From positions 803,422 to 867,421 of the forward strand of contig CAVRHZ010000001.1 in NCBI GenBank assembly GCA_963721125.1: a DNA stretch of 64,000 nt, in the 5' to 3' direction. Both the position numbers and the translations under genes were made by a program. Below the pieces are notes generated by a model. That model saw only the letters and a list, made by a program, of their open reading frames with translations. It ran no database searches and had not been told where the DNA came from. The stretch comes from an uncultured Acidobacteriaceae bacterium. Its GTDB lineage: Bacteria > Acidobacteriota > Terriglobia > Terriglobales > Acidobacteriaceae. Below are positions 38,476-48,542 of the stretch, in pieces; position 1 is the first letter of the stretch, and each line of letters opens with the position of its first letter.

Positions 38476-40455
38476 TTATGGATGCACCACGGTGCAGTAG
38501 ATCGTTCCACCGCCGGTCGCGGTATTGCTGAGCGCCGTTTCGGACACGCGGAATTCGCCGCCGGCAGTGGGCGGGCTAACGACCGTGGCCACGGTGACAC
38601 CTTGAGCACCCACAACCGAGCACCCTGCTACCTTGTAACTCGCATCCGCAAATGGGATCGGATTGACCATGGTCGCCGCTGTAGCGCAGGTGTTTCCTAT
38701 TGCCCCCGCGGCGATCGTGCAGCCTGGACCCGAAGCTACAAATGTTCCCGTGACTTGGCTCGAGGATTGGTTGTAGCCGACAACATAACCCGAACCGCTG
38801 GCCACGGTGAGAATCTTCTCTGAGTCGGGCGATGTATTGTCTTCGATAAGGGTGCCTTCGAAGGGTCTCGTTCCTGAAGCAGCCAGATAAATGAGCGTGT
38901 TGCTGTTCGTCACTCCATAATTACCGCGAATCACCGATTGCGTTAAAGGAGTTTGGACATAGATCCCCGTCTTCCAGTTGAAGAACTGATTCTCAGTGAT
39001 GTACACATTTCGTCTGGGCTGACCGGACTTGCTTGATTCAAACAAGATGCCATTTGCAGAAGATGGATTGTAGTTGTAAATAAAATTGCCCGTGAGCCAC
39101 ACGCCGTCAAGATTGTTGAAGTCCGGCCCCTGAGTACCCGTCGCTCCCATGATCTGAATAGCATTCGCGTCCGTTCGATTGGTCGCCATGAAGTTGTAAA
39201 ACAATTGTGCAAACTTAAGCTGTCCAAGAAAGACAGAGGGGTTACCGCCGTTGTCGAAGGCGTTCGCCGTAGCTACGAATCCCAGGCAGTTGACGATGTA
39301 GGCATTCACGTCAAATTGTTCAAACGTGTTGTTGGTCAGGTTGAGCCCTTGCGGCGAGGTGATTAGGGTTTGCGCAATTTTTCCGCCCGTGCAGGCTTGA
39401 CCAGTACCACCGTTGCAGGCATAGCGAGCTGAGGAGTAGGAAATAATACCATTCGTTGTTGCGGATCCAGGGCCTTCAAACGGCCGCTTGGTGTAACGAA
39501 AACTTCCCGCTTGAACCGCGTTGTTTTGCACCACGAGTGAGTAGTTGTTTCCCGAGTCTACGATGCCCTGCCGCACATAGAAAATCTGGTTGTTTTGAAT
39601 GACGCACTCGCCGCAATCCTCCACGTCGATCCCTGTATCCATCGAAAACATCGTGTTGCCTTCGAGGATGACGCCGGGTATCTGGTAGAGTTGGGGGTTC
39701 GATCCAGGAGAGGGATAAGGATAAGTTCCCGTTGAGCCGGTTTGATTGTAGACCTTGATACCCGTGACCTGTGATGCGGCAGCGGCGTACATAAAGTTTA
39801 TGTTTCGGACGAAGCGGTTGATCGTAGATGTGATTTGGCTGTGATATTTCGCCTGGTCGTATGTTTCTACAATCTCGATGATCGCGTTGTCGGGCGCTCT
39901 CGCAGACCAGCCAGGGCCGGGTGAAATCCAGGTGCCGTTCCCGCTTCCCTCGATCGAGCCGTAGTTGTAGAGGATGATGGGATGATTGACCAGGCACTTA
40001 CCTTGCGGCAGTTCCACCGTACCTTGAGCCATAGCGAGAGGAGGCACAACCTGAATGCCGCCGCCGACTGCGGCCAGTGCATCCACTGCGTTTTGGATGG
40101 CCGAGGTGTCATCGTTGTTTCCGTTGCACAGCGCACCGTATTCGGCCGCCTTGATGGTAGTGGACGGTACCACTCCGCCCGAAAATCTCGCCGCGTTGTT
40201 GGGGTTGAATGGTCGCAAATCCTGTACGCGGACATGGTTGGGGTTAGTCCAGGTATCGGTGCCCTTGTAGGTCGGCGGTATGACAACCCGGCCTGTAGCG
40301 CCAGCCGCATCAATGGCCGACTGGATCGTTGGATACCCGGTCTCACCGGCCATATATATCCGGTTCAGGGTGTTGACAGGAGGGGACACATTCTGTGCGG
40401 CTGAGGAGTGGATCAGGCACAACATCGTGATAAGCGCCAAAGCAAGGAACTTCAT
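38476..40455 (-). CDS. Secreted right-handed beta-helix protein (pectate-lyase-superfamily / tailspike-like glycanase)
   Basis: Signal peptide MKFLALALITMLCLIHSSAAQ. AAEYGALCNGNNDDTSAIQNAVDA motif of the Pectate_lyase_3 type. Long G/N/T-rich repeats. Confidence 0.65.
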   Translation of the reverse strand: MKFLALALITMLCLIHSSAAQNVSPPVNTLNRIYMAGETGYPTIQSAIDAAGATGRVVIPPTYKGTDTWTNPNHVRVQDLRPFNPNNAARFSGGVVPSTTIKAAEYGALCNGNNDDTSAIQNAVDALAAVGGGIQVVPPLAMAQGTVELPQGKCLVNHPIILYNYGSIEGSGNGTWISPGPGWSARAPDNAIIEIVETYDQAKYHSQITSTINRFVRNINFMYAAAASQVTGIKVYNQTGSTGTYPYPSPGSNPQLYQIPGVILEGNTMFSMDTGIDVEDCGECVIQNNQIFYVRQGIVDSGNNYSLVVQNNAVQAGSFRYTKRPFEGPGSATTNGIISYSSARYACNGGTGQACTGGKIAQTLITSPQGLNLTNNTFEQFDVNAYIVNCLGFVATANAFDNGGNPSVFLGQLKFAQLFYNFMATNRTDANAIQIMGATGTQGPDFNNLDGVWLTGNFIYNYNPSSANGILFESSKSGQPRRNVYITENQFFNWKTGIYVQTPLTQSVIRGNYGVTNSNTLIYLAASGTRPFEGTLIEDNTSPDSEKILTVASGSGYVVGYNQSSSQVTGTFVASGPGCTIAAGAIGNTCATAATMVNPIPFADASYKVAGCSVVGAQGVTVATVVSPPTAGGEFRVSETALSNTATGGGTIYCTVVHP

Positions 40456-40563
40456 AACGGGTGTCCTCAGCGTGAGATATCTGAACTCTCCCGTGCCCTG
40501 GTGCCAACGTTGCGATGCTCAAGGGAGTGCCACCTTCAGCTCAGAACAACGCAGTCGTTCTTG

Positions 40564-41340
40564 CTAGCGTGTCCTCAGTAGCCCGGAATCTTTCCCCGAA
40601 GCCGACGGAACCAGTCCCCTGGTAAATTGCAACGCGCGGAAGCCTACGTTGCAAACCAAACCTTTAAGTCTCAGATACAAAAATATAAGACGATCCCGGA
40701 GTCCACCACGGTACTGCATAACGCCAAGTCCGCATCCCGCGTGTACTCGAAAAAACCGGTATTCGCCTCTGTGTTCTTGCAGGAAATCCTCGATGGCTGT
40801 CAGTACACCGTTGCGCGGACCACCTTCATGGGTAGCTTTCTTGAAGTAGTCGTGCAGTGTCACGTCTTCAGTCAACTCGCTCTTACCCCGTACCAAACCC
40901 TTTTGCTTCCAATCATGAACATAGGCTGGCGGTATCACTTCCGGCTGGTAGTACATGTCGCGGCGCCCCCAGGGCCATTCAACGTCGTGAAAAAAGAGGA
41001 TGCCGCCAGGTCGCAGCAGATTGCGCCTGGATATTGCCTCGAGTTCTTCATGAACCGTGTACCAGTTGTGATCGCCGTCAATCAGAATGCAATCGAATAC
41101 ATCATCCAGGTTGGGTAGTACTTCGAGACTGGTCCCCTTCCTCACGACGACATGCGGCTTGCCGGCGTACTTCTCCCCTAGATCGCAGTCCAGGCAGGGA
41201 TCGATGACAGTATGTTTCACGCCCGGAACAGCCGCCAGCATGTCCGTACCTTCTCCTAGGGAAGCGCCGATTTCACACACACGTCGCCATCCCCTGCCTG
41301 CTAAGAGAGGCAGTACAAACGTCTTCACATATTGATGCAT
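40564..41340 (-). CDS. Class I SAM-dependent methyltransferase
   Basis: VCEIGASLGEGT (motif I), ILIDGDH, GGILFFHD. Confidence 0.7.
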   Translation of the reverse strand: MHQYVKTFVLPLLAGRGWRRVCEIGASLGEGTDMLAAVPGVKHTVIDPCLDCDLGEKYAGKPHVVVRKGTSLEVLPNLDDVFDCILIDGDHNWYTVHEELEAISRRNLLRPGGILFFHDVEWPWGRRDMYYQPEVIPPAYVHDWKQKGLVRGKSELTEDVTLHDYFKKATHEGGPRNGVLTAIEDFLQEHRGEYRFFRVHAGCGLGVMQYRGGLRDRLIFLYLRLKGLVCNVGFRALQFTRGLVPSASGKDSGLLRTR

Positions 41341-41458
41341 TGCAATCTCCCTCCCGGCATGGTTCGTGGGCGCGAGTCCGCTGTCATATCCAGGATTGTA
41401 ACGAACTTAAAAGACCATGGCACCCACTCCATTGCGGGATGGGGACGTTGCATGGCGT

Positions 41459-43168
41459 CTACTGCTTTGGCGCGACAGCCAAAGCAGTGCCCACGACTGG
41501 CAGTGATTTATCAAAGTCGGGTTCCTGGCCGCGGAGCATACGCGCGATGATGTCGTGGATCCTGATCTCGTCGAAGGGCCGCGTAATATCGTGTCCGGTT
41601 GTCTGTCCTGGGAAATGAATCATCAGGACTGGGCGAGGATCAAAACGGCCATGGCTGGCAGTTTCTTCTTCTTGGCTCCACTGCGGTGTTGGCCGCCACA
41701 AGGCTACCCGCCAGGAGTGGTCCGAGCAAACGATCACCGTCGTCTTCGCGGCCGAAGCGGTTGTTTCTAAGGTCGCCATCAACTCCCCCAAGACGTGGTC
41801 GGCCAGCGCCAGATTGTCGATATAAGTGCCGGTTGGGCGCTGATGCCCGGTTCTGCGGTCGTAAATGCCAGGAGGGTGCGGCACCGGCAGATGGATGAAA
41901 ACGAAGCCAATGCCCTGGTCACGGATCAAAGCCTTAGCCTGTGGCAGGATGGCCGCCAGGTCGGCCGCGTGTTTTTCCTCCTGTCCGAAGTCAGACCGCC
42001 AGCTGCCCGCCACCTCCGTAAACGGCGCCATAGCATTCTTCAGGACAGACTGATCCCTTGTGGTTCCGTTCCACTGACCGTTTCCCATCCTCCAGAAACA
42101 GTAGTTAAGCGTTTCCCCAAGAATGCGGCAATAGGGGTTGTACCAACCGACGAGACCGGTGGTCCAGCCCAGGCGCTGGGCATCTGAAAAGAGCGTTCCG
42201 TGGGCATCGAAGGCTTGCCAGTTTTTTTGTCCGTCCAGTTTGAGCCAAAGATCTCCATTCAGATTGCTCCGGATGGCATCGACGACATGGCCCAGAAAGA
42301 ACGAAGGCATCACTCGCTCGGTGTCATAGCCTGCGGGCTTCAAATTACTAAAAGAAACGCTCTCGCTCTTCAACCGGTCAAACGCAGGCATCTCCAGTCC
42401 GGGAAAGCGATGAGCGAAGGCTTGCTCATAGGAAAGCTCGTCGAAAACGAGCCACACGATCCGTCCTCGATCGCCCGGCATGGCCGCCCGGACGTTGGAC
42501 AGTCCAGCCCGCGTCACCGGCATCCGGGCGTCCTGCGGCTGCGTTCGCAGGCCCAGGTATAGCAGCTCCGGAACCATCCACGCCATGCCGCAACCCGCCA
42601 GGAGCAGCAGCAACAGCAGGCCCCGTACGGCCTGCTGGTAAGCCGAGGGCAGCAGCCAGCGCAACGCCAGAGCAGCCAGGAGCGTGCCGTAGAAAAGCAG
42701 CTCTACGTAGAGGGGACCAAGCCCCTTTTGCCGCCAGGCCGCAAAGTCACCGGCAAGGGACGGGGCAAGCTCAGCGGCTACCAGTGCCCAAATGAATGTG
42801 CGCAGCCGCGTATCGCCTTTTTTTAGATATGCGAACAGTAGCGCAGCCAGCAGGCTGAGGGTTCCCAGACTGATCAGCATGCCCCAAATCAAGCTGTCTA
42901 TCGGCAAAATGCTGTGATAGACCAGAGAATGGTGAGGCGAGAGCAATGGCCACACGCGAAGCAGCAGGATTATTATGGCTGCTCCGAACCCCTGCATGAT
43001 CGTCTTTGAGCTCATGTCTTCCTGAATCCTCGAAAGCTTGAGCCGGCGCTCGAAAAGGACGAGTAGGGAGGCGCGCCGCAGAACGCGGGCGGAAACAGCA
43101 CGGTCGCTTTCACGAAGCTCCTGAGGTGGAGGGTCTGCCTGCAGTGTGTAACGTGCAACAGGCTCCAA
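41459..43168 (-). CDS. Membrane-bound alkaline-phosphatase-superfamily (sulfatase / LTA-synthase / PEtN-transferase-like) enzyme
   Basis: N-terminal TM block, then IVWLVFDELS, YDTERVMPSFFLG (candidate Thr nucleophile), HLPVPHPP, VIVCSDHSWR. A more likely start is ATG 43015 (MSSKTIMQ...). Confidence 0.7.
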   Translation of the reverse strand: MEPVARYTLQADPPPQELRESDRAVSARVLRRASLLVLFERRLKLSRIQEDMSSKTIMQGFGAAIIILLLRVWPLLSPHHSLVYHSILPIDSLIWGMLISLGTLSLLAALLFAYLKKGDTRLRTFIWALVAAELAPSLAGDFAAWRQKGLGPLYVELLFYGTLLAALALRWLLPSAYQQAVRGLLLLLLLAGCGMAWMVPELLYLGLRTQPQDARMPVTRAGLSNVRAAMPGDRGRIVWLVFDELSYEQAFAHRFPGLEMPAFDRLKSESVSFSNLKPAGYDTERVMPSFFLGHVVDAIRSNLNGDLWLKLDGQKNWQAFDAHGTLFSDAQRLGWTTGLVGWYNPYCRILGETLNYCFWRMGNGQWNGTTRDQSVLKNAMAPFTEVAGSWRSDFGQEEKHAADLAAILPQAKALIRDQGIGFVFIHLPVPHPPGIYDRRTGHQRPTGTYIDNLALADHVLGELMATLETTASAAKTTVIVCSDHSWRVALWRPTPQWSQEEETASHGRFDPRPVLMIHFPGQTTGHDITRPFDEIRIHDIIARMLRGQEPDFDKSLPVVGTALAVAPKQ

Positions 43169-43238
43169 AAGTTGCGACCTTGTTTACCTTCTTGTCATCG
43201 CCCCTCTCTTGGGCGCCGGGGTGCTTCCGCGTCATGAT

Positions 43239-43673
43239 CTAGGGCTGAGCCCCCTGGCGCAGCCCTACAGACATGGCGCCCCACTCCTCTACCCGGCGAT
43301 AGGTTGTGCGGATGTAATCGTCCAGCAGCGTAACGCCGCTGCTCTTGGAACCGTCGTTCCATGGTTGGACCTGCGAGTCATACCGGGATTCGAGAATCGT
43401 TGTGCAGGAGGCAATCCACCTTCGGCAGCGCGCCGCGGTGATTCCGTATACAACAGCCACAATGGCTGATCTCAAAGTCAGGCCGTGGAGGCGTTCGACC
43501 AACACGGATGGCCCAAACAAGTCAAAAAGTGACGTCAGCGTGAAGAGCAGCGGCGACCTGTCGAACAAACCAATCTGATTGGCTAAGGTTGTAGTAACGG
43601 AGGAAGCTTCCTGCAAGATTCGATCTCCCCTTTCAGCGGTCATACGAATGCTGGATTTAAGCCGAATGACCAC
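43239..43673 (-). CDS. Hypothetical protein
   Basis: 144-aa ORF (GTG start) filling the gap between the GT4 and sulfatase-like genes on the same strand. No motif recognised. Confidence 0.25.
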   Translation of the reverse strand: MVIRLKSSIRMTAERGDRILQEASSVTTTLANQIGLFDRSPLLFTLTSLFDLFGPSVLVERLHGLTLRSAIVAVVYGITAARCRRWIASCTTILESRYDSQVQPWNDGSKSSGVTLLDDYIRTTYRRVEEWGAMSVGLRQGAQP

Positions 43674-43758
43674 ACGACGGCGCCGCGATCTTACTGGATG
43701 CTACAACACGCCAAGTCACAATCGACTGATAGCAGGTGCGGCAGGCTCCTCGAAGCCA

Positions 43759-44949
43759 TCAAAGCGCAGCGCCCACCGAGCCGGCGGCCTCAGCGTTCGC
43801 TCGGGTCAGACCGTCGCTCCGATTCTCTTGGAGAAGCATGTGGAACAGGTCAGTCCAATTGGCCGCAAATGGCGCAGCAATAGATGGAGCGGCCGTTGCA
43901 CTCAATGCAAGTTGCCCCTGGATGAAGCGTTGCATGGCATCCGCAAGAGCCTGGGGGTCGCCTGGCGGAAAGAAACTGACAGCGTGGTAGCTGCCGACGG
44001 TCTCGTGTGCGTACGGAAGATCGATGACAAGCATCGGCTTGCCCGTTTGTTGGAATTCGGAAATGGGTATGCCCCAGGTCTCCAGTTTGGAAGGAAACAA
44101 GAGACAATCCGCCTTCGCGTAGCGCAGAAGGATGCGGTCACGAGGCATGATGCCGAGCCACGAGACAGAGCGCAGGCCGCCATACTCAGAGCGCAGTTTC
44201 GCCGCGTACTGATTCTCGCTGCCGTCGATCGTGAGCCAGACATCGAAGCCCTCCACCCCACTCTGCTCGAGGACGCGAGCGGCTTCCAGCAAAAGCTCGA
44301 CATTCTTGTAAGAGCGGGGATACGCAGGATAAAAAAATCGCACCGCCGGCCTTTTATCCTGCTCATCCTCCTCGAGCTGGTGCGCGGGGATTACAAGATT
44401 CGGGGTTCGTGGGTGTGCCACGACGATGTTCGGTGCGCGATACCTCCGGCGGAACTCGCCGCGTAGCCATTCCTGCTGCACAATAACCAGGTCATTGCGG
44501 CGCAGGTTGATTGCGTACAGATAGCCATAGAAAAAGGTGAAGAGGGAAAACTTCCAGTCGGTGAATGCCTCCCTCGCCCCCAGCCTGTAGAAGGGGGACG
44601 GATTCTGACAATAGACAGCGCGCACTTCAGCCGTCACATTCGGAGTCATATCTTGCATGGAAAGCCAAAGATAGGGTCGAAGTCGCCGGCTGAGAGCGCG
44701 CAAACCCCAATACTCGAAGTGGACGCGCCGGAGCCATGAAGACTTGACGTGCGGGAATTCGATGTAGGTGACGCCATCGACGTCAAACAGATTTCGGCGA
44801 TGGACAAGAGCCACAACCTCATAACGGCCGGAATAATGGTCGGCCAGTTCCTGAAGAGCGTCCTTGAACACCGATAGTGTGCCACCCTCAACCAGGTTCA
44901 CGCCCGACAGTACAATCCGGTGTTTCACACTACCCCCCAAGGAGACCAA
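43759..44949 (-). CDS. Glycosyltransferase family 4 (GT-B)
   Basis: About 390 aa; C-terminal half has ...FPSKLETWGIPISEF (E-x7-E-like). Probable start is GTG 44928 (MKHRIVLSGVNLVEGG) preceded by GGGGGT. Confidence 0.75.
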   Translation of the reverse strand: MVSLGGSVKHRIVLSGVNLVEGGTLSVFKDALQELADHYSGRYEVVALVHRRNLFDVDGVTYIEFPHVKSSWLRRVHFEYWGLRALSRRLRPYLWLSMQDMTPNVTAEVRAVYCQNPSPFYRLGAREAFTDWKFSLFTFFYGYLYAINLRRNDLVIVQQEWLRGEFRRRYRAPNIVVAHPRTPNLVIPAHQLEEDEQDKRPAVRFFYPAYPRSYKNVELLLEAARVLEQSGVEGFDVWLTIDGSENQYAAKLRSEYGGLRSVSWLGIMPRDRILLRYAKADCLLFPSKLETWGIPISEFQQTGKPMLVIDLPYAHETVGSYHAVSFFPPGDPQALADAMQRFIQGQLALSATAAPSIAAPFAANWTDLFHMLLQENRSDGLTRANAEAAGSVGAAL

Positions 44950-45101
44950 GTGGACGCTTTAGCCAGCCTCTAGGATAAGCCTGGATTTCTTATCCTCCCC
45001 ATAGCCGGAAAAGAATGCCGTTGCGCAATTTAACATCCGATGTCTAGAATGACGCCGACCGCTGAAAACCTACTGAAAACCCCGGTCCAGGGTGGTTCTC
45101 C

Positions 45102-46739
45102 ATGCTCTACCGGACTGCACGATTGCTTGTTGTACTGCTTGGTTACGCCGTTATAGTGAACATCGCAGGCTGTGGCTACAGCGGCACTCTACCCGCCCCA
45201 ACCGGGACGGATGTCGCGCCCCCGGGGGCCATCCAGCATGTAGTGGTGATCTTTCAGGAAAATGTCTCGTTCGACCACTATTTCGGTACTTATCCGCAGG
45301 CCCTGAACCTCCCCGGTGAGCCACCGTTTACGGCACTTGCAGGAACACCGGCGGTCGACGGCCTCTCTCCCGATCTCATGCATAACAACCCGAACGCCAG
45401 CAATCCAAGCAATGGTGCTGGGGCAACCAATCCGTTTCGGCTGTCACGGGCCAACGCCGCCACTGCTGACCAGGACCATGGCTACCGGGCGGAACAGACG
45501 GCCTTTCACGCCGGTGCAATGGACCTGTTTCCACTTTCCGTGGGTGCGGCCGATGGACCCAACCTGGGCAGCGGCATCGCCGCTACCACCGGCCTGACCA
45601 TGGGCTACTACGACGGGAATACAGTAACCGCGATGTGGAACTATGCCCAGCACTATGCGATGAGCGATCGCTTCTTTGGGACGACGTTTGGCCCCTCATC
45701 GCTCGGCGCCCTCAATCTCATCTCCGGTCAGACGAACGGTGTGGTAAACGACGCCAATGCTGAGGGTTCCATGGTCTCGGATGGGTACGGGGGATACACG
45801 CTTTTCAATAATGTCTACCCGCTCAGCGAAGTCTGCGCCAGCAAGACCGAGCTGGTCCATATGACAGGCAAAAACATTGGCGACCTCTTGAACGCAGCGG
45901 GCGTGACCTGGGGTTTCTTTGCCGAAGGTTTCGATCTTACGCTGACCAACAGCAATGGCACCACAGGTTGCCACCGAAGCCACACCTCGGCCGTTACCAA
46001 GCAGCAACGGCCGGACTATACACCCTTCCTCGATCCATTCCAGTATTACGCCTCAACCGCTAACCCCGATCACGCGCGCCCCGCGTCCGCGAAGACGATT
46101 GGTCAAGGGAATGATGGCAGCTCTCACCAATATGACATTCACGACTTTTTTGACGCGCTGAAGGCCGGTAATTTTCCCGCCGTTAGCTACCTCAAGTCAG
46201 CGGCCTACCGCGATGGCCATGCTGGGTACTCGGACCCGCTGGATGAGCAGGCCTTTCTGGTGCACGTAATCAATACGATTGAGCAAACGCCGCAGTGGAG
46301 CAGCACAGTCATTATTATTACCTACGACGATTCCGACGGCTGGTATGACCATGTCCACAATATCGTCAACGGCAGCGCGACCGCGCACGATACTTTCTCG
46401 TCGGCTGGGAAATGCGGCGACCCGGAGAGCGCACTCCCCGGGGTAAATCCTGGCACTTTGCATGCACAGGGAAGATGCGGCTATGGTCCGCGACTGCCGC
46501 TGTTGGTCATCTCGCCCTGGGCTAAGCCAAATTACGTTTCCCACACCGTCACCGACCAGAGCTCAGTCTTGCGCTTCATCGAAGACAACTTCTTGCATCA
46601 GCAGCGAATTGGCGAAGGGTCTTACGACGACTTGGCCGGCTCTATCGACGACATGCTTGACCGCAGCGGGAGAACGCCAAAAAACGGCGCGGTCATCCTG
46701 CTGGATGACACGACTGGCGAAGTGATAAGCGCGAAGTAG
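45102..46739 (+). CDS. Phosphoesterase-family lipoprotein (AcpA acid phosphatase / phospholipase C family)
   Basis: Lipobox VNIAGC. VVVIFQENVSFDHYFGTYP hallmark, ...ITYDDSDGWYDHV, GYGPRLPLLVISPWAK. Confidence 0.85.
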   Translation: MLYRTARLLVVLLGYAVIVNIAGCGYSGTLPAPTGTDVAPPGAIQHVVVIFQENVSFDHYFGTYPQALNLPGEPPFTALAGTPAVDGLSPDLMHNNPNASNPSNGAGATNPFRLSRANAATADQDHGYRAEQTAFHAGAMDLFPLSVGAADGPNLGSGIAATTGLTMGYYDGNTVTAMWNYAQHYAMSDRFFGTTFGPSSLGALNLISGQTNGVVNDANAEGSMVSDGYGGYTLFNNVYPLSEVCASKTELVHMTGKNIGDLLNAAGVTWGFFAEGFDLTLTNSNGTTGCHRSHTSAVTKQQRPDYTPFLDPFQYYASTANPDHARPASAKTIGQGNDGSSHQYDIHDFFDALKAGNFPAVSYLKSAAYRDGHAGYSDPLDEQAFLVHVINTIEQTPQWSSTVIIITYDDSDGWYDHVHNIVNGSATAHDTFSSAGKCGDPESALPGVNPGTLHAQGRCGYGPRLPLLVISPWAKPNYVSHTVTDQSSVLRFIEDNFLHQQRIGEGSYDDLAGSIDDMLDRSGRTPKNGAVILLDDTTGEVISAK

Positions 46740-46871
46740 TCCGAGACCAATCGGGACCCCGGTCGCGCGTTTCCCTCAAAGAAAACCGCACCAGGCCGCC
46801 TGCCGGCAAGCGTCGGAATGGAAAAGCTCTCGATGAGGGCGTATTGATACCAAACAGGTTAAGATCAAAGG

Positions 46872-48026
46872 ATGGGCAAAACGGTCCTGATTACCGGAGG
46901 GCTCGGCTTCATCGGGCTGGCGCTGGCCCGGACACTGGTCCAGCGCGGCATGGCCCTGCGCCTGTTGGACAACCTGAGCCCTCAGATCCATGGGGTGGAT
47001 TCGCAGCCCGAGCTGGGCGCTCTGTTCGAGCAACACAATGTAGAGGTGATTCGGGGTGACGTCTGCCAGCGCCGGGATTGGGTCCTGGCTCTGCGGGACG
47101 TCGACTCCGTGGTTCACCTGGCCGCGGAGACCGGAACCGGCCAATCCATGTACAGGATTGGCGACTATACCAGAACGAATGTCCTCGGTACCGCCCTGTT
47201 GCTCGACGTGCTGGCTAACGAACGCCACGGAGTCTCGAAATTGCTTCTGGCCTCTTCTCGCGCTGTTTATGGGGAAGGCGCTTACCAGTGCCCTCGCTGC
47301 GGTCCGGTGTATCCGCCCATGCGCAGCCTGGGCAGTCTACAGGCGGGTCAATGGGAGCCGCTTTGCCCTAACTGTGGCGGACCCATTCAGCCGCTTGCCA
47401 CCCCCGAAACGGCTCGCACCAGCCCGGGATCGATCTATGCTGCCACCAAACTGGCCCAGGAAGATCTGTTCCGCATCGCAGCCAACGCACTCGGCATTCC
47501 GTTCCTGATTTTCCGGCTGCAGAATGTCTATGGCGAAGGCCAGTCGCTGAACAACCCGTACACCGGAATTCTGTCGATCTTTTCCAGCCGGATCCGGCAA
47601 GGCAAAGAGATCCCGCTATTTGAGGATGGCCAGGAAAGCCGTGACTTTGTACATGTCTCCGACGTGGCCGAGGCGATGGCGCTCGGCCTTTCTTCGGACG
47701 GCGGGGATGGCCTGACCCTGAATGTTGGCTCTGGGGTGCAGGTAAGCGTGGAAACCATTGCCCGGCACCTTAAGCAGCAGTTCCACGATTCCGATTCACC
47801 GGTTATCGTATCCGGCCAATATCGATTGGGCGACATTCGCCACAACTACGCGGATATGTCGGCCACCGGCCGAGCTCTCGGTTTTTCCCCTAAGGTGCCC
47901 CTTGAGGAAGGCATGGCCCGTTTCGTGAGCTGGGTGAAAACCCAACCCGTTATCCAAAATGGCGCGGAAGACGGATTGGACCGCGCCAACCGGGAGTTGA
48001 TCGAGCGCGGCCTGATGAAAGCCTGA
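46872..48026 (+). CDS. NAD-dependent epimerase/dehydratase (SDR) with inserted CxxC...CxxC zinc ribbon
   Basis: VLITGGLGFIGLALA, YAATKLAQE. Insert YQCPRCGPVYPPMRSLGSLQAGQWEPLCPNCGGPIQP. Confidence 0.8.
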   Translation: MGKTVLITGGLGFIGLALARTLVQRGMALRLLDNLSPQIHGVDSQPELGALFEQHNVEVIRGDVCQRRDWVLALRDVDSVVHLAAETGTGQSMYRIGDYTRTNVLGTALLLDVLANERHGVSKLLLASSRAVYGEGAYQCPRCGPVYPPMRSLGSLQAGQWEPLCPNCGGPIQPLATPETARTSPGSIYAATKLAQEDLFRIAANALGIPFLIFRLQNVYGEGQSLNNPYTGILSIFSSRIRQGKEIPLFEDGQESRDFVHVSDVAEAMALGLSSDGGDGLTLNVGSGVQVSVETIARHLKQQFHDSDSPVIVSGQYRLGDIRHNYADMSATGRALGFSPKVPLEEGMARFVSWVKTQPVIQNGAEDGLDRANRELIERGLMKA

Positions 48027-48126
48027 ACCAGGCGTAAGTGCATACTGCGCTTGGAATCGGAGGGCCAATCGGGTTGAACCTCGACCCCGATGATAAAAAC
48101 CTCTTGTGCTGTTCAGCCCTTCTTAA

Positions 48127-48542
48127 CGGGTCTTTTTCTTGCTCCAGCACATCTATTGTCTTACTGGAATCAAATTGTTTTGTGGCATAGAGATCTCCCC
48201 CAGATGCGCGGTCGGTCCCGTTATATTCTTTCCCCATACCTCGGCAGCGGTTGTTGGAGCATCAAAAGTGGGAGGGATGTCACCGTCTTGCACGGTGTGA
48301 CCTTGGGGACCAGGCAGATTGATATGAGATGTGACTCGGCTCTCAGGCCGGAACACGGTGACTTTGCCCTGCTTGGAGCTGGCGCCAAAGTTCTGGGCGG
48401 AATCACTTTAGGCGATAATGTCAGAGTAGGCGCGAATTCTGTCTTGCTGCGACGCGTGCCTGCCAATGTAGCCGTCTCCGGTGTTCCTGCACGCGAAGTC
48501 TGTTCATCCGAAATAGAAGTGCCTGAGGTTTTGAAAGATTGA
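48127..48542 (+). pseudogene. Hexapeptide-repeat O-acetyltransferase (serine acetyltransferase-like), frameshifted and N-terminally short
   Basis: One frame reads GIEISPRCAVGPVIFFPHTSAAVVGASKVGG, then stops. The next frame continues DVTVLHGVTLGT...GAKVLGGITLGDNVRVGANSVLL. Adding one G in GGAGGG (48271-48276) joins them. Compare CysE [40 protein letters not shown]. Confidence 0.6.
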
